A DNA stretch of 64,000 bases. Source: an uncultured Planctomycetaceae bacterium (GTDB lineage Bacteria; Planctomycetota; Planctomycetia; Isosphaerales; Isosphaeraceae). The translations under genes were made by a program, and so were the position numbers. The stretch lies in assembly GCA_963833985.1 (NCBI GenBank), contig CAWIAD010000001.1, forward strand, positions 2,976,001 through 3,040,000, read 5' to 3'. Of this stretch, positions 63,834 through 64,000 are shown one piece after another (the stretch's first letter is position 1; every line of letters starts with the position of its first letter). The notes below the pieces were generated by a model. The model was not told the DNA's origin. It saw only the letters and a list, made by a program, of their open reading frames with translations, and ran no database searches.

Positions 63834-64000
63834 TCATCGGCCCGGCGCGAGGCCGTCCCGGGAAGCCTGGCTCGCGGGCGGGCGGCCGATCAGCTTCCAG
63901 AACCAGCAATCCACATCTTGATCGAGGTCATCGAGGCTCGTTTCGTTGGAGATGACCACGTCGGCCCTGTCAAGCTTGCGCTGGCGGGGCCACTGGGCTG
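63834..64000 (-). CDS. coaE: Dephospho-CoA kinase, C-terminal part (5' end outside window)
   Basis: Hand translation AQWPRQRKLDRADVVISNETSLDDLDQDV; position upstream of rho. Confidence 0.7.
   Translation of the reverse strand, partial: AQWPRQRKLDRADVVISNETSLDDLDQDVDCWFWKLIGRPPASQASRDGLAPGR

Overview
GC-rich chromosomal window from a Planctomycete, probably Isosphaeraceae-like. This is inferred from the DUF1552/DUF1592 haem genes, Uma2, the coaE-rho-ribH order and many planctomycete-type hypotheticals. Most of it is ordinary metabolism and housekeeping: proC, dgoD plus an MFS transporter, phytase, an FAH-family protein, thiH, dksA, an RRM protein, mobA, GH127, a sulfatase, rhomboid, rpiB, class I fumarase, ribH, rho and coaE. 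There are two accessory zones. (1) At 9.3-14.7 kb lie two toxin-antitoxin-like pairs and a ~260-bp direct repeat whose second copy is split by a decayed ISKra4-type element with a target duplication. (2) At 16.8-26.8 kb lies a type VII secretion-like operon: two small helical WXG100-like proteins, a membrane-anchored EssC/EccC-like multi-FtsK ATPase and a DUF4132 protein. An MNT-HEPN pair and a decayed copy of part of the first operon gene sit upstream of it. The window also holds a 41-bp REP-like tandem array, a MobA-MoaD fusion, Tat-like leaders on DgoD and RpiB, and a Rho with a long charged N-terminal extension. Many genes carry single-base frameshifts, most likely long-read indel errors, so pseudogene and fusion calls need read-level checks. 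No rRNA, tRNA or CRISPR array was found. All family calls come from motif recognition by eye, not database searches.
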